From Asterias rubens (taxonomy: Eukaryota), in assembly GCF_902459465.1 (NCBI RefSeq), contig NC_047067.1, forward strand, positions 16,616,001-16,680,000: DNA of 64,000 nt, given 5' to 3'. The position numbers and the translations under genes are program-made. The notes under the pieces are model-generated. The model was not told the origin of the DNA and did no database searches. It was given only the letters and a program-made list of their open reading frames with translations. Shown here in pieces: positions 10,435 to 23,220 of the stretch (the first letter of the stretch is position 1; every line of letters begins with the position of its first letter).

Positions 10435-12140
10435 TTATAAGTGCGTGTTAATCACCACAGGGGTGCGGTCCCCAGACTTCTTTGGGATCATGTGTAATGG
10501 CACAGACCAACTGCTTTGTGAAGGTTGTATAATTTCTAATTGCAGCATATGATCAAACTCCTGTTTCGCAATGTTCAAACACTCTGGTGCCAACCGTTGC
10601 GGACGTGCATGGGCAGGTTGACCATTTGTATTTATGTGGTGTGTTGCACCATGTTTGACGTGCATGGGCAGGTTGACCATTTGTATTTATGTGGTGTGTT
10701 ACACCATGTTTGACGGTGGTATTATTGTACTGTGACTTAACAATGTTAGGGTATTGACCAAGCAAGACATGGTTAGGGTATTGACCAAGCAAGACATGGT
10801 TAGGGTATTGACCAAGCAAGACATGGTTAAGGTATTGACCAAGCAAGACATGGTTAGGGTATTGACCAAGCAAGACTTGGTTAGGGTATTGACCAAGCAA
10901 GACATGGTTAGGGTATTGACCAAACAAGACATGGTTAGGGTATTGACCAAGCAAGACATGGTTAGGGTATTGACCAAGCAAGACATGGTTAGGGTATTGA
11001 CCAAGCAAGACATGGTTAGGGTATTGACCAAGCAAGACATGGTTAGGGTATTGACCAAGCAAGACATGGTTAGGGTATTGACCAAGCAAGACATGGTTAG
11101 GGTATTGACCAAGCAAGACATGGTTAGGGTATTGACCAAGCAAGACATGGTAAGGGTATTGACCAAGCAAGACATGGTTAGGGTATTGACCAAGCAAGAC
11201 ATGGTTAGGGTATTGACCAAACAAGACATGGTTAGGGTATTGACCAAGCAAGACATGGTTAGGGTATTGACCAAGCAAGACATGGTTAGGGTATTGACCA
11301 AGCAAGACATGGTTAGGGTATTGACCAAGCAAGACATGGTTACGGTATTGACCAAGCAAGACATGGTTAGGGTATTGACCAAGCAAGACATGGTTAGGGT
11401 ATTGACCAAGCAAGACATGGTTAGGGTATTGACCAAGCAAGACATGGTTAGGGTATTGACCAAGCAAGACATGGTATTTGGATTCACTAGTATCGATACT
11501 AAAAGATGGACCTGGTGTTAGTGTTGATGCATAAAAACCTTGAATGGAAAGTGTCGTGTTTGAATCTACAAGTCTGCAGTTTCTAATGTCCACTATTAAT
11601 GCAAAATGATCTAAAAAATCTGAACCAATAATTGGTTGAGTGACGTCTTAACAAATCCAGTGTAAGGGATTTTTCACCATAAGTCATAATCAGGGTTTTA
11701 TTGGCAGCTTGTAAGGTGCACTGAAGGGAAAATGTTTTTCTCAGGCCGAAACTGGAAAAAACGCTGACGTCTGCGCCAGTGTCTTAAAAAATGTATTCCA
11801 GTTGACTTATCAGTAACACTGACACGACAACTTGCTCGATGTGCGCCACGAAATTGTGCCGCTGTTAATTGCTGGCATTTTCGATTCCCTGTTTGCTTGT
11901 CTAGGAACAAGGTTTGTCGCATCTTTCTGCTCTATCGCCATGTTGCCAATGATACAAACATTCTTTGCCTGTGTGAGGGGTGGGCATTGGGGAACGCGTA
12001 CAACGTGCACTTTGCCCGCTGTCGCGACTTCTTGATCTATTTAAACTCACTGCAAATTGCGTGTGTCCACTACTAGTATGCAAAGAATGAGATTTGTCCT
12101 CACCCGTCGCCATTGTTATACATGTACAACCTAAAATCAA
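10435..12140 (-). mobile_element. Ty3/Gypsy gag-protease-RT remnant
   Basis: Frameshifted protease (VTDKSTGIHFL..DTGADVSVF) and RT N-terminus (HHINTNGQPAHARPQRLAPE...SSWSVPLHMIPKKSGD). No LTRs recognised. Confidence 0.85.
10745..11473 (-). repeat. 27-bp minisatellite, 27 copies (HVLLGQYPN in the pol frame)
   Basis: Unit GGTATTGACCAAGCAAGACATGGTTAG on +. 729 bp = 27 x 27, with isolated single substitutions. Confidence 0.98.
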
Positions 12141-12273
12141 TCAGGGATGCCTAGCTAGACTGGGTAATAATCACAGATTACTTAACAATGTAATGTTAGC
12201 CAGGTACATGTGTACATTCAACTGTTGCTGTAGAGAAAACATGTCTAGTTAAAAAAAACTTAACCAGTTCAAA

Positions 12274-12550
12274 TCAGTTCAAATCAGACTTGCGCAATTT
12301 GGTATAGTGACCAGCCTTATTTCTACGCTTACTTGGTTTTCTAATGGAGGTATGCCAAGAGAGTGTCCGTGAATTAATACTTAATTGCGACTCACTATTG
12401 AGCATTTGAATGCAGACATTAGCTTGATCCAACAAGATATTAAGTTGCTGTTGGTTTAATTTGAGTTCAGCTTCTGACAAAATAGGTGTAGACAAACTCT
12501 TACTACAATGTCGCTTGGAATTTTGCAAACATTGCTGGTGGACTGGTAAC
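12274..12550 (-). mobile_element. Highly decayed L2/CR1-like LINE 3' remnant
   Basis: HWLPVHQQC motif in the minus-strand translation; otherwise degenerate. Confidence 0.4.
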
Positions 12551-15047
12551 CAGTGAAAAAAATGACAGTGGCTCTACACCCTAGTATCTGTTGTTTAAAA
12601 TGGTTAAATTTGGCTAACAGTCCATTCAAACAAAGCTCAGATTTTTGTAAGACCTTGGCACGGGATGTGGTGAATTGGTAAAACCCGAGAGTTCGTTGAT
12701 ACAGCAGCTAATTTGACAATAATAAAATCAGATTCACTGTAAGTTTGTAATTTTGCCAAAGTTGGTAAAATGAGATTGTAAATTTTGGCTCCACAAATAA
12801 TAATGAAACAAGACTTTGGGCGTGGACAATGATCAAAAGAAAAGGCTCTCGAATCGGCAACAAATAATTGACAAACTTTAGTAGTCGTAAGTGATAAATA
12901 TATAAAGAGCAGTTACAAATTATTGTTCTAAATATGATGAATAATAAGTTACAAACGATGGGATCACACAAATGTGTGCGGCTCAAAGTAATTAAACTAG
13001 GCCACTGTGGTGTACCTATAGCTGTATACTACTGCCAAATGGAAACACCACAGTGACAAATCTAAAACTAAATTAACATGCTGGGTATACTCATCAAACT
13101 ACGGCTAATGCTGCTGGCTGCTGCTAGGTGTAATGTGTAAACTGAGAGAAAGAATAAAGGTTCAGCCAGCCTATGTAGTGAAGACGCTACTGTTATGGTT
13201 GAAAGCACATGGTGATGCTCAACAGAAATAACTCGCTGATTTAAATACCAAAGAAACTAAGGGCTACTACAAGGCCTTTGGATTTGTTATGAGGCTTATA
13301 ATTGGACCAACCGTGCTTTATAGTGTCAGAGAATGTTGAACATGTGCCAACATTTTTGACCAATCACTTAAAACCCCGGTATCTGCAAATTTACATCTGA
13401 AAGTCTGTCTCTGTCGTTGGCGTTCTTTTCAGAATGCATCTTTACATGGCCAAATACAGTTCATGAAAATAATCTAGCAGATAAAATTGTCGACTGACAG
13501 TGGATTCTGAATTACCAATTTTAGTTTTACTTACAGAGCAAATTTAGTTTTACTTTCAGAGCAACTTTTCCACAGTGATCATTCATAGCATCAGATTATT
13601 CAGCGCAACATGCAATGAATATTCAACATCAGTAGTACATCCCACAATAAATCTTACACTTAGAGCCTCGTTATCAAACCCGGAAGTGCGCAGATTGAAG
13701 TTAAACTTTTCATCTTGGTTCATCTGTTGAAAAACAAAAAGTCAAATTTGCCAAAAAATACGTATTTAAAAAAAATAATAAATTGGTCAAGAAAATTTCT
13801 ATCACCAAGCTTGTCATTAAGCTTTTTCATTTGTTGTTGTTTTTCAGGCTTGAGTGAAGCGAACTATAAGTGCTGTGAACACTGCAATCAACCACAGTAA
13901 GTGACATTTCAGAATGATGCTGAAAAATCAACATCGGAGTATTGGCATGAGTTGGTTACTGAAGTGTCTGTTGAAATGCTTTGGATATGGGATCTTCTTA
14001 ATTCATTCCCTCCGTATAGATGTGTAGGCCATGTGACTGGTATATATAATTGATCATTGGTTGAAGAGTTGAGACAAAATGAAACTGCTGAGTTGTACAT
14101 GTACATGTAATTATTATGAAACTAGAGTAGGGATATAAATCCAATTATGGCTCCCTAAATTCAAAGTTATATTGAGTTTTTATAATTTTGAAACCCCTTA
14201 CCAAGAGTGGACTTATATACAAAAAATAATCAAACCTGTTTGTTATTTATGATTATTATTATTATTTAGTTAAGCTTGCTTGGTGTAATCAGCTGAGTAC
14301 TGCTGTACAACCTGTCTTACTGGCCATTGTAATCATTGCATAAGGCTCTTGATGAAGAGTCCAAAATCTAACGTTGTATTCAAAATCATAATTCAAATAA
14401 AAAAGAAACAATCTGAGCCAATTATTGTCTTCAATCTTTCTCCTGTCAAGATCCTACTCAGCTAAAGAAAGGGACACTATTAATGCCATTTTGACAGTGA
14501 CATTTGTAGCTGTCTTCACCTGTTAATTTGTTTTTTTATCATTCCCTGCTATAGAAAGGAATGATTTTTATTCCACTTTGCTTGTATGTCCATTTAAAAA
14601 AAAGATTAAAATAAAATATAAAAAAATAATAGTTCATCCATAAGGACTTAAATAGTAGCAATAATCTATATGTTTGCTTTAACCACTACTAGACCACATT
14701 AATAGTTGTTGCAACAATTACAGTTACATTGTGCAAAGAAAGTTTGCATTCAAATGCTTTTCAAATGTTTAAAATATTATTCAAATTAAAATTGCAATGC
14801 ACATGTATCATTTGTTGTCAAACTTGCCTTACAAATGCCCACATTTTGTGCACAATGTAAGCATTAACCTGTGAAACATTCATTGTTTGCCTACATTATT
14901 TCATTATTATTTAACAAAAATTAAAAAAAGTAAAGCAAATATTATTACAATTGAACTTTATACCAGTTTCAAAAGTCTTTAATCCATGTTTTTGTTGTTG
15001 AGTAAAAACGTTTTTTATTAGGTATCGTTTACATTTTTCAAGTAGTA

Positions 15048-16129
15048 TAGGTTTTCTCGGTCAGTTTCGGCAAATGAGCAGCCAATTTAACCAATACTGA
15101 AAAGGGTCAATCAATTTTGTTTTAAGACCAGTCATTCGACTTAACAAAGTAATCATTCCAATTTTACAATGTAACAATTCATCAAGGGCCATTTAAATTT
15201 GTAGGAGTTTTTGAGGCGTGTGTTTATTTTTTTTTTAGTCATTCAAATTCATTTTTGGGCAGTCATTTCTGGAATTTGTGCAATCTTAAAAACGCTTTTT
15301 GGTCAAGCTTGGCTCTCCTTAAGAATGTTAAAGGCATAAATACTGTCGACCTTTTGGCGCTTGAAAATTTATGCCAAAATGTCTAGCGTGTCAACATATT
15401 GATGGTTTTGAAGGGAAAAAAAAAGAGAAAAAAAAACCCAATACAAACATAGGTCTTTGGTCAGCAAACCAATTAAGGTCACCCCCCCCCCCCCTGAGCT
15501 TCTGTTACTTACTGTGCCTGTTATATATTAGAAGTTTTTACTGGAGTGTCTTTTGATAGTGTGTTTATTTGATGTATGCCTTTGCTGATGAATGTTGAAT
15601 AAACGGAGTAATATAACTCCACATCAAAAAAAATAAATAAATAAATAAATAAATAAACAAATAGTAATAATAATAAAGTATAATAAAGATGAAAAATATG
15701 AAGGAAAAAACCTCATGGGGCCCCATGTAAAGTCTACTGGAAACATAACTAAAGAAATATCAGGTTTGCCTGCATTAAAGTGAAGGTTCGAACGATTGCT
15801 TAGTACAGTTTATTTTGTTTAAAGTCGTACTTATTTGAGTTCTCATTTAGTGAAATTTATCGCCTCTTTAAGAAATTGAAATAATTAAAACAGTAAAATC
15901 TCCGCTCGAACCAGTTTTGCTAAATTGAATGATGATTTTGTGTCTCGCAAAAAAAAAATGACGATTTGCTGAATTGAACACAGTGCTAAAAGAATTTGAA
16001 TGCCTCAAACAATGCCCAAATTCTTCATTTGAAACTCAGTAAAACTGGAAAGGCATATAAATAGCTTTAATTCGAACGCAAGAAAATTAAGTCGGCTGCT
16101 CATTTGCTGAAATTGACCGAGAAAACCTA
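15048..16129. mobile_element. Non-autonomous TIR DNA transposon with TA target site (Tc1/mariner-like)
   Basis: 36-bp TIRs TAGGTTTTCTCGGTCARTTTCRGCAAATGAGCAGCC (2 mismatches). TA at 15046-15047 and 16130-16131. No ORF. Confidence 0.75.
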
Positions 16130-17223
16130 TAAACTACTTACTGTTTGCATTTTTCAATTGTCAATCTCGTGATTTAGGTACATATAATGTACATGTATAT
16201 CTACTTGTGGTAGTATAATCTGATATGGTAATGTTTAATGTACATGTATAATGAAATTGGTGCGGTTCAACATTTCTTTAGACATAGCTTGATTGTCGTA
16301 GGAACATCTTCACTATACATAATCACTCTGGTGGAAAGTGTTCTTCACTATACATAATCACTCTGGTGGAAAGTGTTATCTCATTTAAGTCCAAAGTGGA
16401 GGTCATGGACGCCGTAGAATCCAAATCAAACTTCATTCTATTCATTTAATTTCAGAAGTCTACCAGGAGACTTGGGACTTATGTAGTTTATTGTTTTAAT
16501 ACTAAGAAAGCTAACATAAGATACTTGTTGCTAAGGTTTTCTTCACAATTATAAATCTGAACAAAATGTGGTGTATTGCAGAATCGCCACATAAGCAAGG
16601 TTGACCGAGTTCAAGAATGTTAAATTTTGAATCTAAACTATGCTTTAGATAGAACGTACAAAGTAAATCTGTGTTTTCTGTATTATTCACATTGCCTGTA
16701 ATTCAGTGAACATAATCACATTGAAAAATCAATAAACCACTTTTAATATAAGTATTTATTCAAATTCACTTTAGAATTCTATAATTAGATACATGGACTT
16801 GGTTTGGTGATATTTTAAATTTTAAATTATCAAAGCTTAGTGGAAAATATGATAGTCATGTGAACACACAAAGTGTCGATGTATCGGCAACATCTGTAGA
16901 CTTGCTACGTATACTTGCGAAACCTCTGTTATCATTCCATAAAAGTGAGGAGGCTATGATGATCGCAAGGGATTGTTCTATGTACATGAAATATTTTTTA
17001 GAGTATTATAAGTACAACAGGATTACCCACATTAAGGGACCAACTTGAATTTGTTTTTGTGACTGTCTTGAATAAATTATCGTCTGAATATTTGTAATAA
17101 AATTTTGTTTGTCATTTGGTGAAAATCACTCACCGCCAGCATACATCAAATGTAAGTGTAAGGAACTTAAATGATTTGGGTACTTTTTCAAATTGTCCAC
17201 AGATTTATATTAAACTTACAGGC

Positions 17224-17590
17224 TTTGAAAAGCGTCCTGTAACTGTTTGTATAAAATCGATATGGTTAGAAAGATGTTGTAAAAGTAGAATACAATGATC
17301 TATACAAATATGCTTCGAAATTGCGTGGTTTTCGTTTTACCTCGTCGACAAACACGGTCGGCCATTTATGGGAGTCAAAACTTTGACTGGGAGTCAAAAC
17401 TTTGACTCCCATACATGGCCGCCCGTGTTAGTTCGCGACGTAAAATGAAAACCGTGCAATTTCGAGTGATACTTGTGTGGATCATTGTATTCTACTTTTA
17501 AAACATCTTTCTAACCATATGCATTTCATAACAAACGGTTTCAAACGCTTTTCATAGACCAACTCGTCCGATCCAAGGCAACGTGTTCCT
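17224..17590. mobile_element. Palindromic TTAA MITE with truncated left end; same family as 25246-25627
   Basis: Right end GGCAACGTGTTCCT-TTAA. Long internal inverted symmetry centred on GGGAGTCAAAACTTTGACT (duplicated). Confidence 0.8.
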
Positions 17591-17596
17591 TTAAGA

Positions 17597-18390
17597 ACCT
17601 ACCGCCCTCGGAAGATAAAGCCTGCTCACATTCGCCCGCGAATGAAGCATACCATTCATGGTCATCAGTTTTCTTGTTCTCCTGTCCATGACATCTACAA
17701 TAGATCTTTCTTAGTCCACTAGACTATACTCGCACTGTACCTCATCAAAGTCGCAACCCATGTATTAATCAATTTTGTTCCCCTCGTTCAGGCAGTTTAG
17801 TCTTCAAACATTTCTTGACCTGTCTGATGTGTTCTGCCCTCATCCTTACCTTTGACTCCTCATGAAGAACATGGTCCGATTTAAGTACACCAAGATACTG
17901 GTAACTCTCCTCTTCACCCAAAGCCTTCATCTGTGCACCATCTGGCAGAGCGATGCCATTGGAATGTACCCTCTTTCCCCTCTTCATTGTCATTAAAGCA
18001 CATTTCTCAAGGCCAAATTGCATCCCGATGTCGTCGCTGAAAATCCTGACAATCTGCATCAAAGAGTTGATCTCCGCCTCTTTCTTTGCAAACAACTTCA
18101 AATCGTCCAAAAAAGCAGATGGTTGATCTTACATCGGTTCTCTTCATTTCATAACCGGATTTTACCTTCCTCAGAATCATTGACAGGGGCATCAGCGCAA
18201 GAACAAACAGCAGCAGAGACAGAGGATTCTCTGGAAAATACCTCCTCCTCTACATACCTTGCCCAGATTATCATTGTTGCCTGTAAGATTGGTTCGCCAT
18301 GTCTTCATGCTCTCACCTAGAAGACGTTTTACTGCATCAGCCTGATTGATCCATTCACACCACAACTTCCAGCAAGCCACAGGGTCTGGG
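17597..18390 (-). mobile_element. RT fragment of an RLE-type (R4/Dong-like) non-LTR retrotransposon
   Basis: MDDLKLFAKKEAEINSLMQIVRIFSDDIGMQFGLEKCA...YQYLGV and downstream RLYLPRAVG in shifted frames. Confidence 0.8.
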
Positions 18391-18394
18391 TTGT

Positions 18395-18550
18395 CCGTAA
18401 CAAGAAACGTCTTGCATCAAGACTAGCGCGGAATATCCACTCACAACCGGTTACATGTATAAACACTGGTCATTATCAAAGATTTAAACACCCCCACGTG
18501 ATGCGCTCTCCACCAATAGGAATAGCGAAACTGTCTGAGGTATTTATAAA
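18395..18550 (-). repeat. Inverted copy of the repeat at about 53570-53715
   Basis: AACAAGAAACGTCTTGCATCAAGACTAGCGCGG...CCAATAGGAATAGCGAAACTGTCTGAGGTATTTAT is the reverse complement of the 53.6-kb sequence. Confidence 0.85.
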
Positions 18551-18606
18551 TAAATAATTAATACTGATAAAGTACAGTTCTTTAAATCAACACAATACTT
18601 CTTTAT

Positions 18607-18608
<2 letters not shown>

Positions 18609-18662
<54 letters not shown>
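18609..18662. repeat. (ATT)n microsatellite
   Basis: Direct reading. Confidence 0.95.
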
Positions 18663-18664
<2 letters not shown>

Positions 18665-19427
18665 TGGTTTATTGTAAAAAGCATCTGTTTGTCGCAGTCC
18701 AAAGACTGAATTAAAATACAGATTTACATTTTTTATATAAAATGTTTTAAAAGCACAGGAAAATATTTATACACTAGAACTATTAGAAATTTTAAAGCGA
18801 ACGACAAAAGAGATGTTGAGAACTAAAATTAGATAAAACAAAGAATCAACTTTAACAAGCACACTCAACTAACAAACCCAACTGAGACCAACCAAAGATC
18901 CTCAACAAACACCCAAACAAAACAAAAGAAACAAACAAACAATAAACAAACAAAACAAAACAAACGCCCAAACATTCCAACAAACAAACCCAAAGACAAC
19001 CACCCCAACAAACAACCCCCCCCCCTGCCCACAGACACCCCAACAAACAAACAACAAACAAACTAGCAACCACCACGACAAACAAACAACCAAACACTCC
19101 ACCAGACAAACAAACACTTACATGTAACACACACTTACAAATGCCAAACACACATACAAAAAAAGGTAAGAAAGACAAATCAAACAAACAAACATGAATA
19201 AACTGGGAATAAAAAACGGTGGTAAAAACTGGAGGCCTGTTAAAATGTGTTACATGTTCAAAATACTGGTGAGGTATGGAATGGGGCTAGACCTGTATCG
19301 GTTGGTTCTGCACCTGATACTAGACAAAGAGTCAGAATTCCTAAGGTTATTGTTCCTTGCAGGTGGCAGCCACTCTCTATGCTTGGTTTGAAGACAGGAG
19401 CGAGTTACCAAAATTCAAAGAGAGCTG

Positions 19428-19666
19428 GGCCCAATTTCATGGCTCTGCTTACCGCCGAATTCTGCGCTTACGATCACAATTCCCCGCTTACGTGCAAGCG
19501 CCGAATTTCTGCGCTAGCCTTGTAAGCGTATAATGCTTGGTAACGTGGAGTACGCATGCGCAGAAGCCAAATTTCGCCGCTAACCCGTGAAATACGCTTG
19601 CCGTAAGCACAGAATTCCCTGCTTCCGTAAGCGCCGATTCTGTAAGCAGAGCCATGAAATTGGGCC
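19428..19666. mobile_element. MITE with GGCCCAATTTCATGGCTCTGCTTA TIRs
   Basis: Perfect 24-bp TIR. Left flank CTG, right flank CCA (no matching TSD). Confidence 0.85.
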
Positions 19667-19964
19667 CCATTCAAGCCTTCATCAGCCTTTATATTTGCTT
19701 ACATTTTTTCAACAACTTTGAACATGGGGTCATGTATCCCAGCAGTCGCATATGAGGGCTTAGTTTAAGTTTTCATGAAATCATAAGCATTCGTGTTAAA
19801 AGAAATTGTAAATTTTAGGTAACTAAAATTACACTTACAATGTTAAAAATACAGTTTTTCCAACCACATACTTACACTTTACCAGAGCCATTGTGTTTGT
19901 GCACATATACAAAATGTGCAATAAATTATGTCTAAAGCAAACTTAACCCCATTACAAAAAACAG

Positions 19965-20210
19965 GGCCTAGCTTTATGGCTCTGCTTACCACCAAACTCT
20001 GCGCTTACCACCACGCATTCTTTGCTTACTGTGCGAGCCCTGAATATCTTCGCAGGCTTTCAAGCAAAGAATACATAGTAACAATAAGTTTGCAAATAAG
20101 CAAACAAATTCCCTGCTAAACTGTGAAATACACTTCACGTAAGCGCAGGTTTCCCCGCTAAAGGTAAGCAGAGCCTTTGCTAAAGGTAAGCAGAGCCATG
20201 AAATTTGGCC
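19965..20210. mobile_element. Related MITE with CAG TSD
   Basis: CAG-GGCCTAGCTTTATGGCTCTGCTTAC...GTAAGCAGAGCCATGAAATTTGGCC-CAG. Confidence 0.8.
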
Positions 20211-21681
20211 CAGGGGTTGATTTAAATCATTCACAAACAGCCAATATCCATCGCAAATCACAAAGTCAGTTGCAAGTTTGCAACCGATTAAAAAAATCTG
20301 AATTCACTTAAGTGATACGATTTGAAATCCAATGAAGCCTGTCGCCAGCCCGTAGCAAATTGGCGATTGATTTTTGCGAGGCGCTCTTGAGTGGACACAA
20401 AACTAATATCTATCGTAAAAATGACGTTGCATCCGCTGTATGTGAATATTGCTCGTGGAACGTGGATAGGCCTACTTATTGTAATGCAGGCTCATTTTGT
20501 GTAGTTGTTTATGATGGCCCAGTTAATTATTGAACTTCAGTGGTTTGCTTATTAGATTAGATTAGATTAGATTTTATTTATTGTCCACGTTAAAAAACAC
20601 TTGACATCCACTGGCCAAATACAAGTATACACAATCAATTTCAAAACTATATAAATTACAAAATAAGAGAATTAGAAATACAAACAACAAAAGACCCGCA
20701 AACTTAAATAACTGCACCAGCCAAAACAACACCAACTGGTCACATGGGACATCATGACAACGCCTTCCTACTTGCATGTAAAACAATTGAATGTAAAACA
20801 ACTGTTAAGTGGATGAGAGATGTCTTGCATTATTTTGGTACATTACTTTAAGCATGAGTCTTTTTCATATAGTGAACCAATTGAATCCAGATCAGTTCCA
20901 ATTAAACGCTGAGCGATTTTCCTTGGTCTCTCCAGTTTCTTTACATTTTGTTTAGACAGATTACCAAAGTTACAGATCAAACAAAAAGTGAGAATACTTT
21001 GAATCAGTGACTGGTAAAAAAGATTTTAGATCCTATTGTCAACGTGGAACTCTTTTAGTTTTCTCAAGAAGTGCAACCTTTGGTTAGCTTTACTAGAAAG
21101 TAATTGTGAATTAGTGTTCCAATTGAGTTTATTGTCAATAACTGTGCCTAAATACTTGTACTCTAAAACCTGCTCAATAGGATGATTAAAGAGCCAATAA
21201 AGGATGATCTCAATATTTCAACTATTACCTTTTTATGGTTAAATAGACATCGTAGATACGGGTTAATAACTATTTTACTCTCAAATTTGCATTTAGTAAT
21301 GAATAACTCGAGTCAAAAATGCACCCGGCCGCGTGGCTTTTTCAGCCGAGAGTCAAAAACGGCTTATCTATTATAATGACCTCTTGACGCCAGTGACGAT
21401 ATTCCCCTAATAGGGTTTGAACACAGTCTCCAGCTTTGGCAAACTGAGGGCGCTATTTTTCACACCAAATAGCCGCCACTGATGTCACGATTCCTTTGAC
21501 GCGCAGGTAAGAGACTTGTTATATTTTTTTAATGTTTCCTATGGACTGCAGCATTAGAAAACTGTAACATCTATATATTTGAGATAATCCTTTATTGGCT
21601 GTTTAAGAATGACCAGGGATTCATCGACTGCAGCTGAGCGACGGAAGTCAAAGATCATTTCCTTGGTTTTCTTGACGTTAA

Positions 21682-22025
21682 AGACAGTGGACACTATTGG
21701 TAATTGTCAAAGACCAGTCTTCTCACTTGGTGTATCTCAACATATGCATAAAATAACAAACGTGTGAAAATTTTAGCGCGATCGGTCGTCGGTTGTCACA
21801 CGAAGTTGTGTGCTTTCAGATGCTTGATTTCGAGACCTGAAGTTCTAAACTTGAGGTCTTGAAATCAAATTTGTGGAAAATTACTTCTTTCTCGAAAACT
21901 TTGCACTTCAGAGGGAGCCATTTATCACAATGTTTTATACTATCAACCTCTCCCCATTACTCTTTACCAAGTAAGGTTTTATGCCAATAATTATTTTGAG
22001 TAATTACCAATAGTGTCCACTACCT
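21682..22025. mobile_element. TTAA MITE (Kolobok-like)
   Basis: TIRs AGACAGTGGACACTATTGGTAATT / AATTACCAATAGTGTCCACTACCT. TTAA on both sides. Confidence 0.85.
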
Positions 22026-22812
22026 TTAAGCACTAAATGGTGGCGCTCACACCAGTCGACAAACTTTTTGGCAGCACTTATGTATTCAGTGGAATCATTG
22101 GTCCAGTAACCGCTAATACTTTATGATCGCAAAAGAAAGTTAAGTGAAATCACAACATTTGTACACATAAAGCTAACTTCCCCTCACTATCAACAAGAAA
22201 TTTCATAAGTTCATAAGTATAGGCTTAACTAAACCAACTTACCATCAATGGGTGACAACACAACACCTACACAATTTTACTACAATTTTTACAAGGCTCA
22301 CATAATCATGGTAGTTCACCTTCACCCACCTACACTGTACACTGTGCCTGATTCGTCATCCATTTTAAATTGTTTCATAGAACTTACAGTAATTTATTTG
22401 ATAAATATCGATATGGATGGATACGCACATTCCCCAAAAAGTATCATGTTGAGACATATTTTGTTCTTTCCTGTGTCCATGCACTTAAATATTTTCCAGA
22501 GACGTTTTACACAAACAATTCATGTGGAGCACCCCAGTCTTTAGAATTCCCCAATGGAGAACTTTTACTTCTTTTTTTGTTTTGTCACTGATCTCCATGC
22601 TACCAATTAGAAGAAAGGACAGAAGTACATGTAGTATGTATGCTCAAACACATTGCATACATGTTTCCTTGAAAACAGTGCAACTTCTAAGTAAAGATAA
22701 CGTCTGTTCTGGTCATTACCACGAAGTGAAGACCGGGACCGCACACTGCTTTGCTTTCCCTAGTTAATTACCAATCATCTTACATCTTGCATAATAAAGT
22801 GCTGCAGCGTAC

Positions 22813-22896
22813 TTAACTGTGGTAAAGCTGCAGTGATGCTGCTGAATAATCTTCAATAACATTACTCATGTTTTCGAACGACTCCAAAAACAAGCT
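22813..22896 (-). CDS. Zeta/delta-type tubulin, last coding exon (SLFLESFENMSNVIEDYSAASLQLYHS*)
   Basis: Acceptor TTTTTATCCACTGCAG, phase 0 matching the upstream exon. 84 nt ending in TAA. F..F..V...Y pattern of the delta/zeta C-terminal helix. Confidence 0.8.
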   Translation of the reverse strand, partial: SLFLESFENMSNVIEDYSAASLQLYHS

Positions 22897-23220
22897 CTGC
22901 AGTGGATAAAAAGAAGTGTGTAAAACAAAATATTTTATATTTTACAAGGTCTGTACAAAATCAATGGAGAGGTTGTCAATTTGCTATTAAGTTGCTATAA
23001 AACTTTTAACCGTCATTCAACAGTAAAACTTGTTTTTTTTACACAGTAACTTGATTAGACTGATGCTTCTTAGAAATTCATATTTGGTCAGAAAGTACGA
23101 ACCCCTTGGTGCACATTATTAATTTTTTTTTAAGCAAAAAAAGGAGATGTTTAACCATGTTTTTATAAAAAAAATTCATTAGAGGGCGGTTTATTTGGGA
23201 ATTATAGATTTTAAGTTACA

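Noticed and set aside
10745-11473. CRISPR array or genuine repeat protein (ORFs of 346, 262 and 255 aa)
   Set aside because: Units are contiguous with no spacers and no cas genes. The ORFs exist only because the 27-bp unit lacks stops in those frames.
18852-19187. Hydrophobic Cys/Val/Leu-rich ORFs
   Set aside because: Reverse complement of an (AAAC)-rich low-complexity tract.
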